Origin: Bacteroidales bacterium
GTDB lineage: Bacteria > Bacteroidota > Bacteroidia > Bacteroidales > VadinHA17
Direction of reading: 5' to 3'
DNA: 64,000 nt
Assembly: GCA_017999895.1 (NCBI GenBank)
Contig: JAGNKY010000015.1
Location: 4,278-68,277, forward strand
Part shown: positions 8,648 through 16,058 of the stretch, piece by piece
How the letters are laid out: every line of letters starts with the position of its first letter
Numbering within the stretch: the stretch's first letter is position 1
Translations under genes and position numbers: made by a program
Notes under the pieces: model-generated
The model's database searches: none
What the model was told of the DNA's origin: nothing
The model's input: the letters and a program-made list of their open reading frames with translations, nothing else

Positions 8648-10040
8648 AGAAGAAACCACGCCGGAGTTATTGGCTAGACAAGAAAGAGCAGTAGTGGTTG
8701 CGCCTGCAGGATGTGGTAAAACTCATATAATTGCCGAATCAATAAAATATACTGAAGGCAGGCAGCTAATTCTTACGCATACCCATGCCGGTGTTCATTC
8801 AATACGTAACAAACTTATTAAACTCCAGATTCCTTCAAACAAATACAGGGTTGAAACCATTGCTGGATTTGCTCTAAGGTATGCTTCGTCCTATCCAAAG
8901 ATATGTGGTTATGATCTGTTCAATGATGATCAGATCGTCATATATGATAATCTGTATTCTGCGGCAGAAAATGTAATAAGAACCATTTTCGGCAGAAAGA
9001 TTATCAATTCCACTTATTCAGGCCTTTTTGTAGATGAATATCAGGATTGTACAATTGACCAGCATAAACTTATTCTTACACTTTCCGAAATTCTGCCCAC
9101 ACGCATTTTAGGAGATCCGCTTCAGGGGATTTTTGAATTTACAAAAAATCAAGTTAACTGGAATAAGGATATTTTTCAATTTTATATTCAATTACCGGAT
9201 CTGACTACACCCTGGAGATGGAAAAACAACAATAGCGATCTGGGGGCATGGCTATTCGATATAAGGCATAATATTGAATCAAATGAAAATATATATTTAT
9301 CAAAATTGCCATCGAATACAAAATGGTTTATCAATGAATGGCGAAATCAGATAAATCAATTGTTTTATAGCAAAGGAGATACTGTAGGAATAATTGATAT
9401 TGATAATAGAGCTCATAAAATAGCATCATGTTTAAAAGGTAATTATAATTCTATGGAAGAAATGGAAAGGAGAACTTTATTCAAGTTTATTAACAAATTT
9501 GAGAAAAGCTCCAGAAAAGAAAAAATATTAGAAATATTTAGCATTGCTTCAAAATGCATTACTAAAATAAAGAATGAATTAAAACCAATAAGGATATGTT
9601 TAGAAAGAGATAAAAGGTACAATGGGAAAAATGAAACCTTAAAATCATTTTACTTCTTAATAGATAATTATTTAAGAACTGGAAATAACATTTTAATATT
9701 AGAACTTATAAGATTGGTTAGCTCTTTTGAAAATAGTAACATTTACAGAAAAGAACTATGGATGGATATTGAAAAGATATTTTCTTCATCTGTTTTAAAC
9801 CCAGAAGAAAGTCTTAAAAATATTGCCCGAAAATACCTTGAGACTTATAGTATTATCGGAAGAAAAGTTTATAGAAAAACAATTTCCCGACCACACCTGA
9901 TTAAAGGTCTTGAGTTTAACCATGCTATTTTATTAGATGCAGATGCGCTGAAGCCTAAAGAATTATATGTTTCTTTAACAAGGGGGAGTAACTACCTGAC
10001 TATTTTGTCAAAGCAGAGAGTATTAACGCCAAAAAATTAA
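8640..10040 (+). CDS. Short UvrD/PcrA-like SF1 helicase (Gabija GajB-like)
   Basis: 466-aa ORF overlapping the upstream stop by 8 nt (ATGGATAA). Walker A APAGCGKT (8700-8723) and motif II DEYQD (9033-9047). C-terminal UvrD_C-like KGLEFNHAILLD...YVSLTRGSNYLTIL. Confidence 0.8.
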   Translation: MDKEETTPELLARQERAVVVAPAGCGKTHIIAESIKYTEGRQLILTHTHAGVHSIRNKLIKLQIPSNKYRVETIAGFALRYASSYPKICGYDLFNDDQIVIYDNLYSAAENVIRTIFGRKIINSTYSGLFVDEYQDCTIDQHKLILTLSEILPTRILGDPLQGIFEFTKNQVNWNKDIFQFYIQLPDLTTPWRWKNNNSDLGAWLFDIRHNIESNENIYLSKLPSNTKWFINEWRNQINQLFYSKGDTVGIIDIDNRAHKIASCLKGNYNSMEEMERRTLFKFINKFEKSSRKEKILEIFSIASKCITKIKNELKPIRICLERDKRYNGKNETLKSFYFLIDNYLRTGNNILILELIRLVSSFENSNIYRKELWMDIEKIFSSSVLNPEESLKNIARKYLETYSIIGRKVYRKTISRPHLIKGLEFNHAILLDADALKPKELYVSLTRGSNYLTILSKQRVLTPKN

Positions 10041-10226
10041 ATCGTCATTAATATAACAAGTAATCAAGTAATAAAGTAATAATAAGATATATGACTGACA
10101 ATAAATTTACATTTTTATAAATTTTCGCCGATTGAAATTAATTTCAAACTAAATGAGGTATGAACATTATATGTTTAATTACACTGAAAATAAGAATATT
10201 GACCTGCCACCATAAATGAATGATAA

Positions 10227-10328
10227 TCTCGCCAAATACTCGCCATTTTGGCGAGATAAGTTATAATAATTCATTAGAATCAAATTATCTCGCCAGATCA
10301 TGTGTTTTTTGGCGAGATAATTTATAAT
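10227..10328 (+). promoter_or_regulatory. Two tandem copies (61-bp period) of a palindrome TCTCGCCA-N14-TGGCGAGA, each followed by TAA(G/T)TTATAAT
   Basis: Copy 1 stem arms are at 10227-10234 and 10249-10256; copy 2 arms are at 10288-10295 and 10310-10317. The conserved tails are at 10257-10267 and 10318-10328. The element sits in the 365-bp gap between the helicase gene and the DprA-like gene. Confidence 0.5.
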
Positions 10329-10405
10329 GATTGAAATGCAAAAAAAATTGCAAAATAAAAAACGGCACGTTATCACAATAAAAAGATTGAAGGATAAGCA
10401 ACTAA

Positions 10406-10870
10406 ATGGAAATCATTGACAATATAGGTAACATAGAACTACTGAAACTACATAAAACAGCATTTCTTTGCAGCCGCTCAATACCTGCTTCTGTTGTTCT
10501 TAAGTGTTACGATTGGGCAATTGAGCAAAGAGAAGCAGGAAATTGTATAATTGGCGGTTTTCACAGCCGGATTGAAAAAGATGTTTTGCATTATCTGTTA
10601 AAAGGCACCCAGCCTATTATCATCGCCCTTGCAAGAGGATTGCCAGACAAACCAGCAACTGAATTTATTAAACCATTGAATAAAGGAAGATTACTAATAA
10701 TCACACCTTTTGAAAAATCAATAAGCCGGGTTACACAACAAACGGCAGAAATAAGAAACAAAATGATGATAGAATTAGCTGACAGTATAGCTATTGGCCA
10801 TGCAAGTTCAGGTGGTATGATTGAAAGAATCCTGAATTCTTCCGGTAAACCTATAACTAAAATCTATTAA
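10406..10870 (+). CDS. Stand-alone DprA/Smf-like Rossmann-fold (SLOG superfamily) protein
   Basis: 154-aa ORF. The pattern GGFHSRIEKDVL..LLKG.QPIIIALARGL ... GRLLIITPF ... IRNKMMIELADSIAIGHASSGG parallels the DprA core (SG.A.GID..AH...G..iaVl..Gl...G.llSE...RNRiia.ls..vvvvea...SG). Assigned from motif memory only. Confidence 0.55.
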   Translation: MEIIDNIGNIELLKLHKTAFLCSRSIPASVVLKCYDWAIEQREAGNCIIGGFHSRIEKDVLHYLLKGTQPIIIALARGLPDKPATEFIKPLNKGRLLIITPFEKSISRVTQQTAEIRNKMMIELADSIAIGHASSGGMIERILNSSGKPITKIY

Positions 10871-11094
10871 TAAATATCTTCAACTTAAAACTTGAAAAGA
10901 TATTCTGAACAAAATAACAAATAGAATTTTTCAATTTGACTAAAAATATCCGGAATTACTTGAATTAGATCATCTGGCAGAATCAGAAAGAACCAGATCT
11001 TTAATGCTTATTTTTTAAGAGGGATATAGAAGATAATCCAAAATTTAATTTCAGATCAAAACTTATTTGGCCGGTAAAAAGTGATAAAATTCAA

Positions 11095-11454
11095 ATGCAA
11101 ACGTTATTTAAGCATTTAACTACTGAGGAAGTAGAAGTATTTGACGAGCATGGCAGGAAATATAAAAAGAGAGAATTTGAAATACACAGATCTCGAAGAT
11201 TACATTGGATTCGACCTCATATTGAAGAAATTGTCAAAGAAATTATAAACGTTTTTAGCACAGAAGAGAGAAATAAAGGTAAAACTGTGTTTCGTACCTA
11301 CATATACAATATTAAAGAAAAGTATGTGATTGTTATGGAGCCACAACGTAGTAAGGCGGATTATTACCTTTTATCGGCATACTATTTACACAAACCTTAT
11401 GGTGAAAAGGAAATGATAAAAAAACTTAAAAAGAAACTTCCGGACATTTTATAA
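11095..11454 (+). CDS. Small basic hypothetical protein (119 aa)
   Basis: Intact ORF with no motif I can name. Its last ~24 nt plus downstream sequence are duplicated at 12806-12941. Confidence 0.45.
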   Translation: MQTLFKHLTTEEVEVFDEHGRKYKKREFEIHRSRRLHWIRPHIEEIVKEIINVFSTEERNKGKTVFRTYIYNIKEKYVIVMEPQRSKADYYLLSAYYLHKPYGEKEMIKKLKKKLPDIL

Positions 11455-11571
11455 AACGCAGAAGACGGTACATATCAAGATGTATCGTCCTCCGAAACTC
11501 CTTCTTCCTAAGTAAGGAAAGATGAGCATAACAAATATAATAATAAATAGAATAATACCAAATAAATATAT
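11431..11571 (+). repeat. Direct repeat, copy 1 (~141 bp)
   Basis: Near-identical to 12806-12941 (shared AAGAAACTTCCGGACATTTTATAAAACGCAGAAGA...AATAATACCAAATAAATATAT). Contains a 10-bp-stem hairpin GACGGTACAT-ATCAAG-ATGTATCGTC with one G:T pair. Confidence 0.9.
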
Positions 11572-11586
11572 AAAAATTAACATTTA

Positions 11587-12422
11587 ATGGAAACGTTTGA
11601 TTCAACCAAAACAAGTCTTTATGATATCTTGGAAGATATTAATAAGGGGAAAATTCAGCTTCCTGATTTTCAGCGTGGCTGGGTGTGGGACGACAACCGC
11701 ATAAAAGGCATCATTGCAAGCGTGGCAAAACAGCCTCATTCGCCTCTGAAGAGTTTGATTTAAAGGCCGACTGGTTAAAAATTAAATCGGAATTCAAACC
11801 TTATAGAATCCTCGATAAAACAAGCAATATCGATATTATCCAGGCAATAACAATCTATTCAACTTATCAGAAGAGAAAAGAACTTGAGACAAATTTTACC
11901 CCTTCCCGCCTGCATACATTACGTACAAGAAATAGTGCCGCTTACAAGGGTGTTTATGCATTATTATTGGAAGATAACACAAAAGACTGGCTCTCCGCCA
12001 CGAAGATTGATTTCAGTACTTACTTTTCAGAGTCTGTTGATATTCATCATATCTTCCCCGTAGCATGGTGTGAGAAGAAGGAAAACAATATTCCACGGAA
12101 TGACTATGACTGCATTGTTAATAAAACGCCGCTTTCAGGTAGAACAAACCAGATAGTTAGCGGCGATGCCCCAAGTAAATATCTTGAACGCCTTAAAAAG
12201 CACGCAAGGGTTCCAGATGTTGAATTTGATGCCATACTGAAATCTCATGCTCTTAATCCTGATTTCTTGTACGGTGATGATTTCAATGTATTCTTTGCTG
12301 ACAGGAAGGAGCGGATACTATCGAAAATTGAGGCAGCAATGGGGAAGCCCATTGTCCGGAGTCAGACAGAATCAGAAGAAGGGAAATTTATTGATAATGA
12401 TATTGAAGAAATTATTGAATAA
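11587..12422 (+). pseudogene. Internally deleted GmrSD-type DUF262-DUF1524 (ParB-like NTPase + His-Me/HNH nuclease) gene remnant
   Basis: The ATG at 11587 opens a 58-codon frame, METFDSTKTSLYDILEDINKGKIQLPDFQRGWVWDDNRIKGIIASVAK, which carries the DUF262 signature QLPDFQRGWVWD and stops at 11761-11763. A different frame (ORF 11685-12422) carries a DUF1524-like C-terminus, DIHHIFPVAW...NKTPLSGRTNQ. Roughly 1 kb of the middle is missing. Confidence 0.7.
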
Positions 12423-12600
12423 AGAATATGCAAGTTGAATAATCCGGTCCAAACTGAGCCACCCGTTCCGCATTAAATTGGACCACTTATTCCTCCTCTT
12501 TCCGCGTTGGGGAAACCCGGACAAGTCAAATAATTTTGTTAATTTATAATTTCATTCCCTGTTACATATAAAGCAATAGGAATGTAACTACAAAAATACT

Positions 12601-12624
12601 TTTGTTCCCCGTCAGGGGAACAAA
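12601..12624. other. Perfect 10-bp-stem hairpin with a tetraloop (TTTGTTCCCC-GTCA-GGGGAACAAA)
   Basis: Read directly from the sequence. It is the first of four GC-core mini-hairpins spaced ~40-60 nt apart; the others are at ~12660-12672, 12701-12713 and 12758-12771. Confidence 0.7.
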
Positions 12625-12757
12625 ATCATTAGATTAACATACACACAAAAGATTATTATTCCCCGTAGGGGATAAACATTTTTTGCCATAATTTTATTAA
12701 TGTCCTACGGACAAACGCAGAAAAATTTAATAATAATGTCCCGTCTATGAAACTATA

Positions 12758-12779
12758 AGCCCTGACGGGCTAATTTTTT
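12758..12779 (+). terminator. Candidate intrinsic terminator
   Basis: AGCCC-TGAC-GGGCT followed by AATTTTTT. The stem is short (5 bp). Confidence 0.4.
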
Positions 12780-12805
12780 CATTTGCTTTTGCTGCTTTTA
12801 TCTGT

Positions 12806-12941
12806 AAGAAACTTCCGGACATTTTATAAAACGCAGAAGAGGGTACATATAAAGATGAATCGTCCTCCGAAACTCCTTCTTCCTAAGTAAGAAAAGATGA
12901 GCATAACAAATATAATATAGAATAATACCAAATAAATATAT
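12806..12941 (+). repeat. Direct repeat, copy 2 (~136 bp)
   Basis: Matches 11431-11571 with a few substitutions and a small indel. The internal hairpin is degraded in this copy. Confidence 0.9.
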
Positions 12942-13206
12942 GTAGTGTAAATAATTTTATGCAACTGAATATAATTTAGTCAATAGCAGAACCCATGAAA
13001 ATATGTATTAATTCCACATGACCAGGTTTCAAAGAATAAGAGTCTCAGAATGGTTATAAATCCGAATATTTTATAATTACTTCAACTCGATGTCTTCAGC
13101 GTCTAATTCAAAAACCATTTGTCCTCGTTGGTGAAAATATTTCTGCGTGACTTTAATGAAAGTGCTCTGTCTCTTTAATGTTTTTGTACAAATTATGAGT
13201 ATTTTT

Positions 13207-13380
13207 TTAAGGTCAGAATCAGAGTGAACATTAAAATGTGCGATTTTTAACGTTTGATCCGGAATATGAATGAACTTTTAAGGTCAAAATCTAAGTAAAT
13301 ATTAAAATATGGATTTTTTAATGTATGATACGAATTATGAATGTATTCTTAAAGTCAAAAGCAAAAGATTTATTAATTCA
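13207..13380 (+). repeat. Tandem repeat, 71-bp period, ~2.4 imperfect copies
   Basis: Units start at 13207, 13278 and 13349 (TTAAGGTCARAATC.A.GT.AA.ATTAAAAT.TG.GATTTTT.AA.GT.TGAT...GAAT.ATGAATG). Located upstream of the CDS that starts at 13474. Confidence 0.75.
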
Positions 13381-13473
13381 ATTCAGATTTCGGAACTTAT
13401 AAAAAATCCAAAATTTTGTCCTATTTTCATAAACAAAAGGATTTCAAGGCAGCATTTTAATATTCATTTATTT

Positions 13474-14604
13474 ATGAAAAAAATATTTTGCATTTCATTA
13501 TTTCTTTCCGCTTCTTTTGTTTTATGCTTTTCTCAAAACGAAAACGACGGATTCTGGCAGAAAAGACTCGAAAAATATTTCGACAGGAAGGCGGCTCCAA
13601 ACTCCGGTCCTGTTCCTGACTACAGCAATCATAAGTTCTGGGCAGCTTCACCCTTCAGGCACGACACCTCCGACAGCATCCCTGCTTTTCTGACAAACGA
13701 AAAAAGAGAAGAGACTGCCGATGTGTTTTTCATTCATCCCACTACTTTTCTTGGAAAACTGGAAGGACCCAGTATAACTACGGCAAGTAAAAAAGAGTTG
13801 AGAAAATTACTGAGGAGCCTGCCTGAGCTGCCATGGAATGCCGACCTGAGCGATGAATCCCTGAACCGTAAAACCGATATGAGTCCGATACTTTTTCAGG
13901 CATCCGTTTTTAACGGAAGCTGCAGGGTTTTTGCCCCTCGTTACCGGCAGGCAAATATCAAAGCTTTCTTTGTACCAAATTCGGAAAAGGCTCAACAGGC
14001 ATTTAATCTTGCGTACAGCGATATCAAACAAGCTTTCGAGTATTATCTTTCGCACTACAACAACAACCGGCCTGTAATCATCGCTTCACACAGCCAGGGT
14101 AGCCTGCATGCCATACGGCTGCTTCAGGAATTCTTCGACGGAAAACCCTTGCAAAAGCAACTGGTTTGTGCCTATATCATCGGATATCATGTACCGCTGA
14201 ATGCGTTCAAAACTTTACCAATCGGAGATTCCCCGACAGCTACCGGTTGCTTCGTTACATGGAGGACATTCAAAAAAGGAGAAATCCCGAATTCCATAGC
14301 AAAAGAAAAAGGCAACTCCCAATGTGTCAATCCACTGACATGGAAAACCGATTCAGACTGGGCGCCAGATAGCCTGAACTCCGGTGCATTGTTCGATTTT
14401 CAAAAGGTGGTACCGCGTTTTACAGGAGCCGGAATTGAACCGAAATCCAGAATATTATGGGTAAAAATCCCTGAAAACGTCAATGATAAGCTTAATAAAT
14501 TGAAAAACTTTCACGTATTGGACTATAATTTATTCTGGATGAACATAAGAGAAAATGTAAAAGTCAGAACATTTTCCTATTTGAATAATCAAACCCAGCC
14601 ATGA
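13474..14604 (+). CDS. Secreted alpha/beta-hydrolase, DUF3089-like lipase/esterase
   Basis: The start was moved to the internal MKKIFCISLFLSASFVLCFSQ signal peptide (ATG at 13474). GXSXG nucleophile motif SHSQGS. Confidence 0.65.
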   Translation: MKKIFCISLFLSASFVLCFSQNENDGFWQKRLEKYFDRKAAPNSGPVPDYSNHKFWAASPFRHDTSDSIPAFLTNEKREETADVFFIHPTTFLGKLEGPSITTASKKELRKLLRSLPELPWNADLSDESLNRKTDMSPILFQASVFNGSCRVFAPRYRQANIKAFFVPNSEKAQQAFNLAYSDIKQAFEYYLSHYNNNRPVIIASHSQGSLHAIRLLQEFFDGKPLQKQLVCAYIIGYHVPLNAFKTLPIGDSPTATGCFVTWRTFKKGEIPNSIAKEKGNSQCVNPLTWKTDSDWAPDSLNSGALFDFQKVVPRFTGAGIEPKSRILWVKIPENVNDKLNKLKNFHVLDYNLFWMNIRENVKVRTFSYLNNQTQP

Positions 14605-14612
14605 TGAAAAAG

Positions 14613-14686
14613 TCGGGGTGACTGGACTCGAACCAGCGACCCCTACGTCCCGAACGTAGTGCGCTAGCCAACTGCGCTACACCCCG
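14613..14686 (-). tRNA. tRNA-Pro (anticodon CGG)
   Basis: The reverse complement reads CGGGGTG-TA-GCGC-AGTTGGCTA-GCGC-A-CTACG-TTCGGGA-CGTAG-GGGTC-GCTGG-TTCGAGT-CCAGT-CACCCCG-A. This is a 74-nt cloverleaf with CGG in the anticodon loop. Confidence 0.9.
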
Positions 14687-14819
14687 ATATATTTACCAAC
14701 GTAACTTTTCCCTCATCCTGCCAACGGTCGGCAGACAAAGGTAATATTTTTTCGAAACTTTCAGACCTTCCTATTACTGATATAAAAATACGACCTTATC
14801 CATTTTATTCTTATTTTTG

Positions 14820-16034
14820 ATGTTTTATCATCTGAATATTATGACCTCCGATTACCGTATAGTGCCTGTTTACAATGCAAAAGGAATTATTATAATAATT
14901 ATTCTTGCAATAATTGACATGTATCCAAGCGCTCTTTCTGCATGGGTATATTGCCAGCCACTTTCAGTATCAATAAGTGTAATTTTAACACTTTCTCTCA
15001 TCGCTTTCTTCTATCTCTCCGGTATAACCATTCCGTTTGAGTTATCTGAAAAAATTAATATGGGCCGCTCGAAATATGAAATAATAAAATATATTTTTGC
15101 ACAAACTCTTATTTATGTGGTAGTTGGCATGTGTATTGCCAACATCACAAGAGTAAACAAAGACCTTACGGGGTTCAACTCTTCTGTCTGGGCTATATTG
15201 TTGGTTATATCTATTTTCCTTATCTGGAACCATTATCCCGATAAAGAAAACAACTTTTTCACTGTGAGCGGCCTGAGGTTTTTTGGACTCCTTATTCTTG
15301 TTTTTCTGGTCTTTAAATTCAAATCGGGTAACTACGAAAACAATGGTTCACTTATTGCAGGCTATTGGGAACTTCCCGGACTCTACGGGTGGGGTTTCCT
15401 CATCGCATCACTTGCATGGCTTTTACTACGTAACTCTATAACAGGAACATCTATAATATGGCTCTTCTTTATTGCTCTGAATATTATATGCGCACTTGGA
15501 ATGACCAGTTCCCTCGACCCGACAAGAAAATATCTGGGAATTCTTATAGATGGTTTCATTCCTTCGGCATTCATTGCCGGAGTTATAACCGGAATATTTA
15601 TCAGAAGAAGCCCTGTTTCTTTCTGGACTAAAATGTCACTAATTATTGCAGCCGCTGGTATAGTTTTAACTGCCACTGGAATTATAATTGGCAAATTCTT
15701 CCCTCTCACAGTCACTTTTAATAATAATCCGGCATGGGCTCTCGCAGGAACCGGGATTGCATCACTTTTTTTTATTCTGTTTTTCTATCTGCATGAAGTC
15801 AGAAAAATTTCATTTCCTGCCCGCTTGTTCGAATCAGCAGGAACAAATTTCTTTACAGCCTATATAATCATTTTTCTTGTTTATAGTATTATAAACCTGT
15901 CAGGCATTGATATCCTGATATATAAAAACTCGTCTCTTGCACTTGTAAAAACCGGCGGGTCGATCATTTTTTCACTGCTTATTACCATACTTGTCACTGC
16001 AATGGCAAGAGCTGGTATCAGACTAAAATTATAA
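14820..16034 (+). CDS. Polytopic integral membrane protein, function unknown
   Basis: ~404-aa ORF with at least 10 hydrophobic segments. The start is uncertain (TTG at 14817 or ATG at 14820). Confidence 0.6.
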   Translation: MFYHLNIMTSDYRIVPVYNAKGIIIIIILAIIDMYPSALSAWVYCQPLSVSISVILTLSLIAFFYLSGITIPFELSEKINMGRSKYEIIKYIFAQTLIYVVVGMCIANITRVNKDLTGFNSSVWAILLVISIFLIWNHYPDKENNFFTVSGLRFFGLLILVFLVFKFKSGNYENNGSLIAGYWELPGLYGWGFLIASLAWLLLRNSITGTSIIWLFFIALNIICALGMTSSLDPTRKYLGILIDGFIPSAFIAGVITGIFIRRSPVSFWTKMSLIIAAAGIVLTATGIIIGKFFPLTVTFNNNPAWALAGTGIASLFFILFFYLHEVRKISFPARLFESAGTNFFTAYIIIFLVYSIINLSGIDILIYKNSSLALVKTGGSIIFSLLITILVTAMARAGIRLKL

Positions 16035-16058
16035 AATCAAGGTTTTGATTTTCGTCTG

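Noticed and set aside
10227-10328. Type III toxin-antitoxin (ToxI-like) repeat RNA upstream of a toxin gene.
   Set aside because: There are only two copies, at a 61-bp period, with variable loops. The downstream protein looks DprA-like rather than ToxN/AbiE-like. This is kept only as a remote alternative.
10179-10376. 65-aa minus-strand ORF in the gap between the UvrD-like and DprA-like genes.
   Set aside because: It is built from the two palindromic repeat copies, so its length is a by-product of the repeat. It has no motif and a hydrophobic low-complexity sequence.
12651-12675. Possible attR-like second copy of the tRNA 3' end (GATTATTATTCCCCGTA versus GTTCGATTCCCCTTA).
   Set aside because: Only ~9 of 11 core positions match and the acceptor-stem part does not. 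This is too short and degenerate to call an att site.
13207-13380. Possible CRISPR array.
   Set aside because: The units are contiguous with no spacers, are 71 bp long and imperfect, and no cas genes are nearby. It is a plain tandem repeat.
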